A stretch of 64,000 nt of DNA from assembly GCA_902761715.1 (NCBI GenBank), contig CACWLK010000012.1, forward strand, positions 17,389-81,388, written 5' to 3'. The position numbers and the translations under genes were made by a program. Positions within the stretch are counted from its first letter, which is position 1; the number at the start of each line of letters is the position of its first letter. The DNA comes from an uncultured Rhodospirillales bacterium. GTDB taxonomy: Bacteria; Pseudomonadota; Alphaproteobacteria; RF32; CAG-239. This document shows positions 40,728-51,778 of this stretch, in pieces. The notes beneath the pieces are model-generated. The model was not told the DNA's origin. It ran no database searches and worked only from the letters and a program-made list of their open reading frames with translations.

Positions 40728-41106
40728 TAACCCCGGGAACATCCGTTGGGGTTCGGACTGGAAAGGATTAAAAAAGGACGGGAAACAACAAGACCCGTCC
40801 TTTTGTGTATTTGAAACACCGGAATACGGTATCCGGGCGTTGGCCAAATTACTTCGTAACTATCAGCGGCTCTATGGCCTGAACACGCCTTATCGGATTA
40901 TCAGCCGATACGCACCACCAACCGAAAACGAAACGGTTTCGTATATTGACAGCGTGTCCTGGCAGTTAAACATCACTCCGGACACACCGGTCGACCTTTC
41001 GGAAGATGGTGTTTTGATGGTCTTTATTAAGGCAATCATCAGACATGAGAACGGCATACAACCATACTCTAATGAAACTCTATTGAAAGGAATACAAATG
41101 GCATGA
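40699..41106 (+). CDS. Endolysin (lysozyme-like, RNNNPGNIR family)
   Basis: RGIRNNNPGNIR, YAPPTEN, IIRHENG motifs. Confidence 0.85.
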   Translation: MNTPRGIRNNNPGNIRWGSDWKGLKKDGKQQDPSFCVFETPEYGIRALAKLLRNYQRLYGLNTPYRIISRYAPPTENETVSYIDSVSWQLNITPDTPVDLSEDGVLMVFIKAIIRHENGIQPYSNETLLKGIQMA

Positions 41107-41321
41107 AAAAGCGGCTTTGGATCCCGGTCCTAGGATGGATCCTGTGTTACGGGTTCCTCCACAACTGCCTGATCGCACCTATAACGGGTCTTCCGGTAGT
41201 GGACTGGGAGTATTTATTAACGGCCATGGGCATTTTACTCGGTGTCAGTGGCGTACGAGATATTGGGTTAAAGGAAAGGAAAAAACAAGATGTGGTATCA
41301 GATAACAAACCTTTGGAATAA
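41103..41321 (+). CDS. Holin-like protein
   Basis: Two TM segments, P.LGW...LG..G.R. Confidence 0.6.
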   Translation: MKKRLWIPVLGWILCYGFLHNCLIAPITGLPVVDWEYLLTAMGILLGVSGVRDIGLKERKKQDVVSDNKPLE

Positions 41322-41511
41322 AGGTAAATACTGGATAATCGCCGGAGCGGTGGCCGTTTTATACATACTCGGCTACCGGCGCGGTAAGGAAAAAGAACAA
41401 GTCAAAGTAATGAAAGGAACGGTGGACAATGTTAAAACAGCTAAAAAAAGTCGGGACAGCCTGGCTGATCCTGAGCGCGTTAAGCGGTTGCACAACAAAT
41501 ATAAACGGTGA
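41290..41511 (+). CDS. Inner-membrane spanin (Rz-like)
   Basis: N-terminal TM with basic tail; overlapped by a lipoprotein gene. Confidence 0.55.
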   Translation: MWYQITNLWNKGKYWIIAGAVAVLYILGYRRGKEKEQVKVMKGTVDNVKTAKKSRDSLADPERVKRLHNKYKR

Positions 41512-41623
41512 TTTTTGCCTTTTATACGAACCGGTGTATGCGGATTATGAGCATGACACCCCCGAAACTGTCCGTCAAATTGATAGAAACAATGTGGTTT
41601 ACGATGATTTATGTACAAATTAA
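41429..41623 (+). CDS. Outer-membrane spanin lipoprotein (Rz1-like)
   Basis: LSGC lipobox; overlaps the i-spanin in another frame. Confidence 0.6.
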   Translation: MLKQLKKVGTAWLILSALSGCTTNINGDFCLLYEPVYADYEHDTPETVRQIDRNNVVYDDLCTN

Positions 41624-41720
41624 AAGATTTTGTTTGACTTTTCTTGCAAAAATGGCTCGAATCATAAGCGGAGGTGTCATGAACCTCTATAAACTTAACG
41701 TTAAGAAAGGAAAATTAAAC

Positions 41721-41993
41721 ATGAATAAAACTGAATTTGTTGAAGCAGTTGCTAAAGAAGCCAAAGCTTCTAAAGCCGCCGCAAATGAATTGGTAAACGC
41801 TGTTGTAGCAGTTGTAACAAAAGCCTTGAAAAAAGGTGAATCAGTTCAAATCACTGGTTTCGGTACATTTGAAGTAGCAAAGCGCGCCGCTCGTAAAGGT
41901 CGCAATCCTGCTACCGGTAAAGAAATCAAAATCCCAGCATCAAAAGCTCCTAAGTTCAAAGCCGGTGCAGTTTTGAAAAAAGCTGTAAAGTAA
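41721..41993 (+). CDS. hup: HU DNA-binding protein
   Basis: MNKTEFV, GFGTF, ARKGRNPATG, PKFKAG. Confidence 0.95.
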   Translation: MNKTEFVEAVAKEAKASKAAANELVNAVVAVVTKALKKGESVQITGFGTFEVAKRAARKGRNPATGKEIKIPASKAPKFKAGAVLKKAVK

Positions 41994-42098
41994 TAAAGTT
42001 TTAAATTTAATCCGCCCTATAGGTTCACGCTTATAGGGCATTTTTTTTATAACTCCCTGTGGTAAAACTACAGGGAGTTTTTATTGAAAGGTATTAAA

Positions 42099-42719
42099 AT
42101 GATATATGGATATATACGTGTCAGCACAGACAAACAAACCGTTGAAAATCAACGATTTGAAATAGAAAACTTCGTCCATAAAGAAAATATTAAAATTGAC
42201 AGATGGATAGAAGAAACGGTATCTGGAACAGTTTCTGTTGAAAAACGGAAATTAGGTACCCTCCTACGAAAATTAAAGAAAGGTGATATTTTAGTCGCAT
42301 CAGAAATATCCAGGCTTGGTAGGAATTTACTCCAGATAATGAGTATTTTACATCATTGTATGAAGAATGAAGTTCAGGTTTGGACAATTAAAGATAATTA
42401 TCGCCTCGGGACAGATATACAAAGTAAGGTTTTGGCATTTGCATTTGGATTATCAGCAGAAATTGAAAGAAACCTAATAAGTCAGCGAACCAAGGAGGCA
42501 TTGGCCAGAATAAAGGCGGATGGAAAACATCTTGGACGTCCTCATGGTTTTAAGACAATGAAGCGAAAACTAGATGGTAAAAATAAGCAACTTGTAGGGT
42601 TATTAGAGAAAAATGTACCTAAAACTCAAATAGCCAAAATGCTTGGAATTGAAAGAAGCCTTATTTATACATTCTTAAAAGTGCATAACCTGCGCGAATA
42701 TATTAATAAAAAGCAGTAA
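42099..42719 (+). CDS. Serine DNA invertase (Mpi-like)
   Basis: YIRVSTDKQ, SEISRLGRNL, FAFGLSAEIERNLISQRTKEAL, C-terminal HTH. Confidence 0.88.
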   Translation: MIYGYIRVSTDKQTVENQRFEIENFVHKENIKIDRWIEETVSGTVSVEKRKLGTLLRKLKKGDILVASEISRLGRNLLQIMSILHHCMKNEVQVWTIKDNYRLGTDIQSKVLAFAFGLSAEIERNLISQRTKEALARIKADGKHLGRPHGFKTMKRKLDGKNKQLVGLLEKNVPKTQIAKMLGIERSLIYTFLKVHNLREYINKKQ

Positions 42720-42739
42720 AATACTGCGTGGTTTCTAGA

Positions 42740-42879
42740 CGGTGGTTTTTACGACAGCTGTAGGGAAAACCTTTGTTTTTAATGGATTATTCCTTGAAAA
42801 ATATATGCTTAGAAGCAAATTTTTTATATTTTTTCCCATGCAAAATTTTTAGGCTTTCAGAATGTCGTAAAAACCACCG
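42740..42879. repeat. Perfect 17-bp inverted repeats flanking a 106-bp putative invertible segment
   Basis: CGGTGGTTTTTACGACA (42740-42756) / TGTCGTAAAAACCACCG (42863-42879). Confidence 0.85.
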
Positions 42880-43018
42880 ATTTTTCTACAGAAAACTAAA
42901 AAATTTGTTGATTTATTTTTTTGAATAGTGTATGTTGTTTCTAGTTCACCGTTTTCGTAACAGTTAAAGGTGGAAAAGTTTTGTTTGTAATAAATAGAAA
43001 GGATTAAATAGACTTGCT

Positions 43019-44020
43019 ATGTCGAAACCTAAAATATCCGTTGTGATGCCTGTCTATAACACAAAGGAAGAATTCTTTCGTGAGGCTATTTCTAGTATTC
43101 TTTCACAATCTTATAAGGATTTCGAGCTTCTTATAGTCGATGACTTTTCTGATACATATATAAAAGATATTGTTAACTCGTATAAAGATAAAAGAATAAA
43201 ATATTTTAGGCTTAATAAAAATTCTGGCGCAGCCATAGCAAGGAACTACGCTATTGAAAGAGCTGTAGGTGATTATATAGCTTTTTTAGACTCTGACGAT
43301 TTTTCAAAAAAAGATAGATTTGAAAAACAGATAGCTTTTTTCATTAGCAATCCTGAAATCGGATGTCTTGGTACAGCTGTCGATGCTATAGGTGATGATG
43401 CAAAGGATGTAAATTTTATTCCATATAAAACTCATTTTGAGATTGAATCAAATTTAATATTCAATGGTTGTGTCTTTTGTCAATCAAGTGTGATGATTAG
43501 AAAATCAGTTATCGAAAAAAACAACATTCGTTATAAAAACGAGTATGTTCCCGCAGAGGATTACGGGTTTTGGTTGGATATGGTTGGTCATACAAAATTT
43601 GCAATTTTACCCGAAAAATTAACAACGTATCGTTATCATTTAGCTAATATTTCTCATACTCAACGTGATATTCAACGTGAGAAAGGAGGTTTGGCGCAAA
43701 TATGCGCATTTCAGAAGTACTGCAATATCAAATTTGAAAATATCAATTTATGGTCAAAGTTTTTTATGGGGACCCCTTTTAGTCGAGACGAGCTAAAAGA
43801 GTTGGAAGACAGAATTGGACCAATTTTAGATTCGCTTATATCCAAGGGATATCCCAAAAAGGATTTAATGTATTTTTTTAAGAAAAAATTCAAAAAACAC
43901 TTCCATAGAACGCGCACAATTCCAGGACAATGGAGACTAATGAACTCTAAATTGAGTAAATTTTTTAGGCTCAAACTGAGATGGAGAATTTTTTATTTTG
44001 TAACAAGAGGCATTTTATGA
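43019..44020 (+). CDS. Glycosyltransferase family 2
   Basis: [22 protein letters not shown]. Confidence 0.92.
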   Translation: MSKPKISVVMPVYNTKEEFFREAISSILSQSYKDFELLIVDDFSDTYIKDIVNSYKDKRIKYFRLNKNSGAAIARNYAIERAVGDYIAFLDSDDFSKKDRFEKQIAFFISNPEIGCLGTAVDAIGDDAKDVNFIPYKTHFEIESNLIFNGCVFCQSSVMIRKSVIEKNNIRYKNEYVPAEDYGFWLDMVGHTKFAILPEKLTTYRYHLANISHTQRDIQREKGGLAQICAFQKYCNIKFENINLWSKFFMGTPFSRDELKELEDRIGPILDSLISKGYPKKDLMYFFKKKFKKHFHRTRTIPGQWRLMNSKLSKFFRLKLRWRIFYFVTRGIL

Positions 44021-44979
44021 AAACTATATTAGTAACCGGAGGAACAGGTTTTTTAGGTTCCAATTTGTGTATAAGGCTAATAAACGAAGGTAATAATGTA
44101 ATCTGCGTTGATAATAATTATACCGGACGTTTGAGTAATATCCAAAAAATAATGAAACACCCAAATTTTCGCTTTATTAAGCATGACATTTGTGAGCCTT
44201 TGGTGGTTGATGCCAAACTTGACCAGATTTATAATATGGCTTGTCCGGCATCTCCTCCGGCTTATCAGGGAAGTTACTCTATAAAGACAACCAAGACTTG
44301 CGTCTTAGGGGCAATTAATATGCTTGATTTAGCAAAACTGCATCATGCAACCATTCTACAAACATCAACTTCTGAAATATACGGTGAGCCCTTGGTGCAT
44401 CCTCAAGTTGAAAGTTATCGCGGAAATGTCAATCCAATTGGCATCAGAGCTTGCTATGATGAGGGCAAGCGTTGTGCAGAGAGTTTGTTCTTTGATTATC
44501 ACCGTCATGAGGGTGTTGATATTAAAGTGGTTCGTATTTTTAATACCTATGGTCCGAATATGGACCCGAATGATGGTCGCGTGGTTTCAAACTTTATCTG
44601 CCAAGCTTTGTCAGGGCAAGACATTACCATTTACGGCGATGGACATCAAACACGGTCGTTTTGTTTTGTTGATGACTTGATAGAAGTTTTAATTCGTATG
44701 ATGAACTCCGAAAAAGGCTTTACCGGACCAATTAATATCGGTAACCCAGGGGAATTTACCATTAAAGAACTGGCAGAAATGGTGGTTGCAAAAGTCGGTG
44801 GTAGTTCAAAAGTGGTTTATGAAGATTTGCCGTCTGATGATCCGACACAGAGAAGACCGGACATCACATTGGCCAAAACAAAACTCGGTTGGGAACCAAA
44901 AGTCAAACTTAGCGAGGGTTTGGATAAAACAATCGCATATTTCAAAACACAAATAAATCAGTTTAAAAAGGTTGCATAA
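44017..44979 (+). CDS. UDP-glucuronate decarboxylase (UDP-xylose synthase)
   Basis: [36 protein letters not shown]. Confidence 0.9.
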   Translation: MKTILVTGGTGFLGSNLCIRLINEGNNVICVDNNYTGRLSNIQKIMKHPNFRFIKHDICEPLVVDAKLDQIYNMACPASPPAYQGSYSIKTTKTCVLGAINMLDLAKLHHATILQTSTSEIYGEPLVHPQVESYRGNVNPIGIRACYDEGKRCAESLFFDYHRHEGVDIKVVRIFNTYGPNMDPNDGRVVSNFICQALSGQDITIYGDGHQTRSFCFVDDLIEVLIRMMNSEKGFTGPINIGNPGEFTIKELAEMVVAKVGGSSKVVYEDLPSDDPTQRRPDITLAKTKLGWEPKVKLSEGLDKTIAYFKTQINQFKKVA

Positions 44980-44980
44980 G

Positions 44981-46279
44981 ATGAAAGTAGGAATTATTGG
45001 TACAGGATATGTCGGATTACCAACAGGTGTCGGTTTGGCTGAACTTGGAAATGAAGTTGTTTGTATTGACAGAGAACCAAAGAAAATTGATGCCTTAAAA
45101 GCCGGCAAAATTACACTTTATGAAGATGGCTTGGAAGAACTATTTCATAAGAATGTTAAAGCCGGACGGATTAAGTTTACGACCTCAATGAAAGAAGGTA
45201 TTGAAAATGCAGATTTAGTCATTATTGCTGTCGGAACACCGCCACATCCGGTCACGAAAGAGGCGGATATGAAATATATTCACGCCGCCGCAACAGAATT
45301 GGCAGAATATTTGCAGGGTTATACGGTTATTGCAACAAAGTCAACAGTTCCTGTTGGAACGGGTGACGATATTGAAGCGTTAATCTCTAAGAAAAACCCA
45401 TTTGCGGATTTTGATGTTGTTTCTTTGCCGGAATTTTTGCGCGAAGGTTTTGCTGTTCATGACTTTTTCCATCCGGACCGCATTGTTGTTGGAGCTAACA
45501 CCGAAAAAGCCCGCAATGTGATTAAAGAATTATACAAGCCTTTTGAGGGTAAAACTCAAATGTTGTTTGTGAAACGTCGTTCAAGTGAAACAATTAAATA
45601 TGCATCCAATGCCTTTTTAGCTATCAAAATTCATTATATTAATGAAATGGCAAACTTTTGCGAGAAAACAGGTGCGGATATTACTGAAGTTGCTAAAGGT
45701 ATGGGCTTAGACAGCCGTATCGGTAACAGATTCTTAAATCCGGGTCCTGGGTACGGTGGAAGTTGCTTCCCGAAAGATACGATGGCAATGTCATACATGG
45801 CTCGCCAGAATGATGTTGACATGACATTGATTAACGCCGCTATTGCCGGGAATACCAAGCGCAAACAACAAATGGCAGAGCGGATTTTAGAAGCCGTTAA
45901 AGGGATTGAGAATCCGAAAATTGCGGTTTTGGGCTTGGCATTCAAAGACGGCACCGATGATTGCCGTGAAAGTCCGGCAATGGAAATTGTGTATAATTTG
46001 CTAGAGCATAAAGCAAATATTACGGCTTATGACCCGAAGGCGATGGGAACGGCTTGTCAGTTGGTTGGCGATAAAATCAGCTATGCCGATGATATGTATT
46101 CTTGTGTTAAAGATGCTGATGTTTTGGCAATTTTGACGGAATGGAATGAATTTAAGTCCTTAGACCTAAACCTTGCATCAACTTTAATGCGGCATAAAAA
46201 TATTGTTGACTGCCGAAATTTGATTAACGCAGATGAGGCTAAAAAAAGTGGATTTGTGTACAAAGGAATAGGCAAATGA
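44981..46279 (+). CDS. ugd: UDP-glucose 6-dehydrogenase
   Basis: GTGYVG, KSTVPVGT, PEFLREG, GYGGSCFPKD, DDCRESP. Confidence 0.93.
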   Translation: MKVGIIGTGYVGLPTGVGLAELGNEVVCIDREPKKIDALKAGKITLYEDGLEELFHKNVKAGRIKFTTSMKEGIENADLVIIAVGTPPHPVTKEADMKYIHAAATELAEYLQGYTVIATKSTVPVGTGDDIEALISKKNPFADFDVVSLPEFLREGFAVHDFFHPDRIVVGANTEKARNVIKELYKPFEGKTQMLFVKRRSSETIKYASNAFLAIKIHYINEMANFCEKTGADITEVAKGMGLDSRIGNRFLNPGPGYGGSCFPKDTMAMSYMARQNDVDMTLINAAIAGNTKRKQQMAERILEAVKGIENPKIAVLGLAFKDGTDDCRESPAMEIVYNLLEHKANITAYDPKAMGTACQLVGDKISYADDMYSCVKDADVLAILTEWNEFKSLDLNLASTLMRHKNIVDCRNLINADEAKKSGFVYKGIGK

Positions 46280-46899
46280 ATGAATTAATTGTGGTAACTA
46301 AGGATCACCGAGAAATACAAACAGATAAATTATCCGGGCTTGATATAGAATGGTTGGGAAAAGATTCGTACGTTAAGATCCATGAACCATTTGTTATAAA
46401 TAAATGTTTTTTTCAAGTTGGAGATAATGGACACATTGAAATTCAGGAAAACTCAAATATGTTTGAGCTTTACATCCGAATGGCCGCGGCTAATTCGAAA
46501 GTTGAAATAGGTAATAATTTTATAACGTCTACTGCAAAGTTTATTTTAGCAAGGGGAGGAAGTAATAACTCCATCATTATAGGAAATAATTGCCTATTTT
46601 CATACAATATCTCTATTTTGACATCTGATGGGCATAGTGTTTTTGATGTGAACACAAAAAAACTCCTAAACAATTCCGGTGGAAATATAGTCGTTTCAGA
46701 TCATTGCTGGCTAGGAAATGATGTTTGCCTAACCAAAAGGGCAAAGCTTCCTCAAGATACGATTTGTGCAGCAAAATCGCTAATTAATAAAGAATTTTTA
46801 GAAAAAAACACAATGCTTGGGGGAATTCCTGCAAAGATTATAAAAAAATTTGTTTCTTGGGATATAAGACATCCAAACGAATATATGAGGGAGGTATAA
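46276..46899 (+). CDS. Hexapeptide-repeat (LbH) acyltransferase
   Basis: IGNNCLFS, SDGH, HCWLG, GIPAKIIK. Confidence 0.8.
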   Translation: MNELIVVTKDHREIQTDKLSGLDIEWLGKDSYVKIHEPFVINKCFFQVGDNGHIEIQENSNMFELYIRMAAANSKVEIGNNFITSTAKFILARGGSNNSIIIGNNCLFSYNISILTSDGHSVFDVNTKKLLNNSGGNIVVSDHCWLGNDVCLTKRAKLPQDTICAAKSLINKEFLEKNTMLGGIPAKIIKKFVSWDIRHPNEYMREV

Positions 46900-46900
46900 A

Positions 46901-49900
46901 ATGATTGTAAAGCCAGCCTTTAAGGAGAGGAATGTTCCTGTTGTGTTTTCAGTTGATGAAAATTATGCTCCATACTTGTCCGTCTGCATATATTCTTTAA
47001 TTAGCAATTCGTCAAATACAAATAACTATGATATATGGATTCTTGACGGTGGCCTAACCGAGGTAGGAAAATCTCAGCTGAAGGCCCTGGCTAATAACCG
47101 AAAAAATATATCCATTAGATTTTTCGACATTCTCAATTTTAAGGAATTAAAAAAGAAAAATTTTTACATAAGCAACCATGCATCACTGGCAAATTATTAT
47201 CGGTTATTTATTCCCAAGATATTTTTTAGTTATGAAAAGCTACTTTACTTAGATTGCGATTTACTAATAAATGCAGATATAGCGGATTTATACGCTATAG
47301 ACATAGGGGATAACGTGCTAGGTGTTGTAAAAGATGCGTGCACATACTTTGATCCGGATTTCTGGTATAAATACTGTCTAGAAAAAGTTCAAATTAAAAA
47401 ACCATACAATTATTTCAACTCAGGTGTTTTAATATGCAATGTCAAACAGATGATCGATCTTTCTTTGACAGAAAGTAGTATGCAACGATTAAAGAAATTC
47501 AATCCTGTTTGTTGGGATCAATGCATTTTAAATTCCGTATTAGAAAATAAGGTAATGTATCTTCCATTGAATTGGAATTTTCAATGGCATTGGTTGCTTC
47601 CTGAATTTGCACAAAAGCATCCGTCTAAGTTTGTAGAATATAATTTTTTACAAGACTATTTAAATGCTTCAAAATCTCCAAAAATTCTACACTATACATC
47701 TCAGGTTAAGCCATGGAAGCGTTGGAGCGCAAAACCTGCCCAAGAATGGTGGAAATACGCGAAAAAACTTCCAATTTATAATGATATTTTAGAAAAAACC
47801 GGTTTAGGTCAAATATTATCTAAAAAAATTATTCATACGGAAAGGACCAAAAAAATGGCAGATATAAAAATGTCAATAATAATACCTGTTTATAATGTAT
47901 CTCAATACCTATCTAGGTGTCTTGAGAGCGTAATTAATCAGACATTGAAAGAAATAGAAATTATTTGTATTGATGATGAATCGACAGACGATAGTAGAGA
48001 AATATTGGAAAAATATGCTCAGCAAGATAGTAGAATAATTTTTAGAACACAAAAGAATCAAGGCCAAGGAAGTGCTCGTAATCATGGCCTTAACATTGCG
48101 AAAGGCAAGTATGTTCAATTTCTTGATTCAGATGATTTCTATGAACCTGACTGTTGCAAAAAGATGTACGAGGTTATGGAAAAACAAAAAGTTGATGTTG
48201 CCTGTTTTGAACCAAATGTAATTTATGAGGCGTATTCATTTAGAAAAAAAGAAGATGCAGTCTATTTCTCTTTAAAACAGAGAGGATTACAGACAATAAC
48301 TACAAGTACAGTGAAAACGATTGATGTAAATTGCTGGAACAAAACATTCAGAAGAAAATTCTTAGAAGACAATAATATAAGATTTCCCGAAAAATTACAT
48401 TTTGAAGACGTTGCATTTTTTTGGTTTTGGGTAACAAAAGCAAAAGTTGTATATTCCCTCAAAGAGCACCTAATAAACTATGTTAGACACCAAAATTCCT
48501 TCGTAGGAAACATATTTGACAGAAAATCATCGCATGTAATGGATGCAATGAAAGTTAATGTAATAATTTATGATTATCTTAAAAAAAACAATGTGTTTAA
48601 TAAGTTTGGCGAAGAATTTGTTAAATATATTATGTTTAAACTTCAATGGCAATTGAGTTTTGTTCCGAATTCTGATATTGAAACAAGACAAACGCTGATA
48701 AATAAAACTTCTGATCTATTGAATAAGTGTGATATAGATTTAGAGTTAACAGAAAAAGAACAATTGTTATTTGAGGCAATTACCAAGAAACAATACTATG
48801 CTCTAAACTCCGGATCTACAAGTGACTGCCAAGAATTGAAGCCTTTTTTTGAAGCACAGAATATTCCTGTCGTGTTTGCAGTTGATAAAAACTACGTTCC
48901 ATATCTCTCCGTTGCAATCCAGTCCATAATTGACAACAGTGACAAGTTTTCAAATTATGATATTGTCGTTTTATATACAGACCTATTCGAGTTCCAAAAA
49001 AGGATGCTGTTATCACAGGCTGAAGGAAAAAAGAATGTTTCAGTACGCTTTGTGAATATGGATAGATGGATTGATGAATATAAATTAAGGTCGTTAATGC
49101 AGATAAATCATATAACCGTTTCAGCGTATTTTCGGCTCTTAACTCCTGAAATATTTGAAAATTACAAAAAAATCATATATCTAGACTGTGATGTTGTGGT
49201 TAATGATGATATAGCAAAATTATATAATTTAGATATTAATAATAAATCACTGGCCGCATGCCTGGATACTGTTATTTCAAATAACCTTGATACTTGCCTC
49301 ATTAAGCAAGGTCTTGTACCATATCTGCAAAATGTTTTAGGTATGAAGGATGAAAAAAGATATTTTAATTCAGGCGTTTTAATAATCAATATCGAAAAAT
49401 TGAGGGAAACGCATATCATCAATTATTTATTCCAACTTGCAAAAATTAATAATCGTTTTTTCCACGATCAGAATATCTTAAATGCAGCTTTTGAAGATGA
49501 CTATTACGAATTGCCCCCATGTTGGAATTTACAATATCATGTGAAATTTAAATGGCCTGATTATAAAATGAAATTATCCGATTCATTAATGTTTTTGTAT
49601 GATAACATTAGTGCAAAACCAAGCATTATACACTATACATCCTCGGAAAAGCCATGGAATGAACTGATGCATACCTACACTTCTGATTGGTGGAAATATG
49701 CAAAGAATTCTCCATTCTACGAAATAATATTAAAAACAATTTTTGCGAAGTGTTCTACAGCTAATTCAATGCTTCCTAAAATAAATAAAGATATTTTTAA
49801 GAGATACAGAATTTTACTAAAATACTACAAATATAAAATACTGTCGAAGATATTATTTGGGCGTGCCAGAAGGAAGTATGCTGAAAAACGAAAAATATTC

Positions 49901-49945
49901 AAATCTAGAGTCAGAGAAATTAGAAAATATCTTAAGAGTGGTTAG
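46901..49945 (+). CDS. Trimodular glycosyltransferase GT8-GT2-GT8
   Basis: Two GT8 domains (YLDCD, FNSGV, DQ.ILN, HY...KPW) flanking a GT2 (IIPVYN, FLDSDD, FED). Confidence 0.88.
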   Translation: MIVKPAFKERNVPVVFSVDENYAPYLSVCIYSLISNSSNTNNYDIWILDGGLTEVGKSQLKALANNRKNISIRFFDILNFKELKKKNFYISNHASLANYYRLFIPKIFFSYEKLLYLDCDLLINADIADLYAIDIGDNVLGVVKDACTYFDPDFWYKYCLEKVQIKKPYNYFNSGVLICNVKQMIDLSLTESSMQRLKKFNPVCWDQCILNSVLENKVMYLPLNWNFQWHWLLPEFAQKHPSKFVEYNFLQDYLNASKSPKILHYTSQVKPWKRWSAKPAQEWWKYAKKLPIYNDILEKTGLGQILSKKIIHTERTKKMADIKMSIIIPVYNVSQYLSRCLESVINQTLKEIEIICIDDESTDDSREILEKYAQQDSRIIFRTQKNQGQGSARNHGLNIAKGKYVQFLDSDDFYEPDCCKKMYEVMEKQKVDVACFEPNVIYEAYSFRKKEDAVYFSLKQRGLQTITTSTVKTIDVNCWNKTFRRKFLEDNNIRFPEKLHFEDVAFFWFWVTKAKVVYSLKEHLINYVRHQNSFVGNIFDRKSSHVMDAMKVNVIIYDYLKKNNVFNKFGEEFVKYIMFKLQWQLSFVPNSDIETRQTLINKTSDLLNKCDIDLELTEKEQLLFEAITKKQYYALNSGSTSDCQELKPFFEAQNIPVVFAVDKNYVPYLSVAIQSIIDNSDKFSNYDIVVLYTDLFEFQKRMLLSQAEGKKNVSVRFVNMDRWIDEYKLRSLMQINHITVSAYFRLLTPEIFENYKKIIYLDCDVVVNDDIAKLYNLDINNKSLAACLDTVISNNLDTCLIKQGLVPYLQNVLGMKDEKRYFNSGVLIINIEKLRETHIINYLFQLAKINNRFFHDQNILNAAFEDDYYELPPCWNLQYHVKFKWPDYKMKLSDSLMFLYDNISAKPSIIHYTSSEKPWNELMHTYTSDWWKYAKNSPFYEIILKTIFAKCSTANSMLPKINKDIFKRYRILLKYYKYKILSKILFGRARRKYAEKRKIFKSRVREIRKYLKSG

Positions 49946-49975
49946 GAATGCAAAGACATAACCTGAAAGTTTAAC

Positions 49976-51763
49976 ATGGTAAATAGGTCATATACAAAAA
50001 AAAAGAAAGATTTGGTTGATAAGGTAAAAGCATATTCTTTATTTAGAAACTATGCAAAAATTTACCCCTATGTGAGGCCGTATTTGTTTAGAGCAGTATT
50101 AGCCATTCTAATAACAATTCCTCTTGGTGCGATGGATGCTGTTATTGCATGGGTTTTGAAACCATATATGGATGTTGTAATGATTGAAAAAAGTGCAAAA
50201 GCGACATCTCTTTTGCCTTTGTTGGTCATTGTATTCAGTTTTGCGCAAAGTATGCTAAATTATGCGGCTACATATCTAAATACATGGGTTGGTCAAAGAA
50301 TTACAATGGACCTTAAAAAGAATCTCTTTAAAAAAATGATGCGGTGCGATGCAACGTTTTTCGATAAGACGACGTCTGGTGACATTATGTTTCGCTTTAA
50401 TCAAGATGCAGATCTTGCATGTAGTGGATTATTATCCAATTTAAAATTATTTACGACAAGGCTATTCTCATCTATATCATTAATTTGTGTCCTTATTTAT
50501 AATTCATGGCAACTATCTATTATTGCGATTTTTATCCTCTTTGGCGCCTTATTCCCTTTAACTAAAGTCAGAAAGAAAATAAAAGGCATTATGGATAAGA
50601 CGGTTTTTTCCGGTGCTAGGGTGATGACGCATTATAATGAAGCTTTTGCAGGTAATAGAGTTGTGTCGTCATTTAACTTATATGATTATCAATTTAATCG
50701 CTTTAACGAAACGCTTAGGTCAGTGTTCAAATTGGGAATGAACATGACAAAAAAGACTGGAATTCTTACCCCAATGATGCATTTTATAATATCAATTGGT
50801 ATTGCAGGTGTTATTTGGTTGGGCAGTTATCTAATTACAAACAATCAGCTTACACCTGGTGGATTTGTTTCATTTATTACTGCATTGCTCATGCTGTATC
50901 ATCCAATTAAATCAATTGGTTCAAATTTTACAAGCGTTCAAATGTCACTCATGGCTATGGAGCGTGTTTTTAGCCTTCTTGAAGAGAAACCTCGTGTATA
51001 CAATGCAGATAATGCAGTAAAAATTAAGGGCATAAATAAGGATATTTTGTTTGAAAACGTTTGGTTTGAGTATGAGCCTAATAGACCAGTACTGAAAGGG
51101 ATAAACCTGGACGTAAAAAAAGGACAAACTATAGCATTTGTTGGTAATTCAGGCGGTGGAAAGTCAACTATGGTTAGTCTTCTTCCGCGCTTTTACGATG
51201 TAAAACAAGGGGCCGTAAAAATTGATGGAAATGACATCAGAAATATTGATATAGATTCATTACGTTCACAAATAGCTATTGTTTTTCAAGATAATGTACT
51301 GTTTGCAGGAACTATCCGAGAGAATATATTACTAGGAAAAGAAAATGCAACAGACGAAGAAGTACGAAATGCAGTGCATAACGCTTGCTTGGACGAGTTT
51401 ATTGGCTCACTGCCTCTAGGCTTAGATACGGAAATTGGTGAACGTGGCACAAAATTATCTGGCGGACAAAAACAGCGAGTAGCCATCGCAAGGGCATTCT
51501 TAAAAAATGCTCCTGTTGTTATATTAGATGAAGCAACATCTGCGCTGGACAATAAATCTGAAGAAATAGTGCAACAAGCAATCTATAATTTAATGGCAGA
51601 CAGAACAGTTTTTGTTATTGCGCATCGTCTTTCTACCGTTAAAAACGCGGATTGCATTGTGGTAATTGATCATGGCGAAATAAAAGAGCAAGGAACACAT
51701 GAAGAGTTGCTCGCGCGAGAAAATTCCGTTTATGCGGCTTTATATAAGACCCAATTAAAATAA
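49976..51763 (+). CDS. ABC exporter, MsbA-like fused permease/ATPase
   Basis: 6-TM domain, GNSGGGKST, LSGGQ, LDEATS, IAHRL. Confidence 0.9.
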   Translation: MVNRSYTKKKKDLVDKVKAYSLFRNYAKIYPYVRPYLFRAVLAILITIPLGAMDAVIAWVLKPYMDVVMIEKSAKATSLLPLLVIVFSFAQSMLNYAATYLNTWVGQRITMDLKKNLFKKMMRCDATFFDKTTSGDIMFRFNQDADLACSGLLSNLKLFTTRLFSSISLICVLIYNSWQLSIIAIFILFGALFPLTKVRKKIKGIMDKTVFSGARVMTHYNEAFAGNRVVSSFNLYDYQFNRFNETLRSVFKLGMNMTKKTGILTPMMHFIISIGIAGVIWLGSYLITNNQLTPGGFVSFITALLMLYHPIKSIGSNFTSVQMSLMAMERVFSLLEEKPRVYNADNAVKIKGINKDILFENVWFEYEPNRPVLKGINLDVKKGQTIAFVGNSGGGKSTMVSLLPRFYDVKQGAVKIDGNDIRNIDIDSLRSQIAIVFQDNVLFAGTIRENILLGKENATDEEVRNAVHNACLDEFIGSLPLGLDTEIGERGTKLSGGQKQRVAIARAFLKNAPVVILDEATSALDNKSEEIVQQAIYNLMADRTVFVIAHRLSTVKNADCIVVIDHGEIKEQGTHEELLARENSVYAALYKTQLK

Positions 51764-51778
51764 TTTCAAGAAAAGAAC

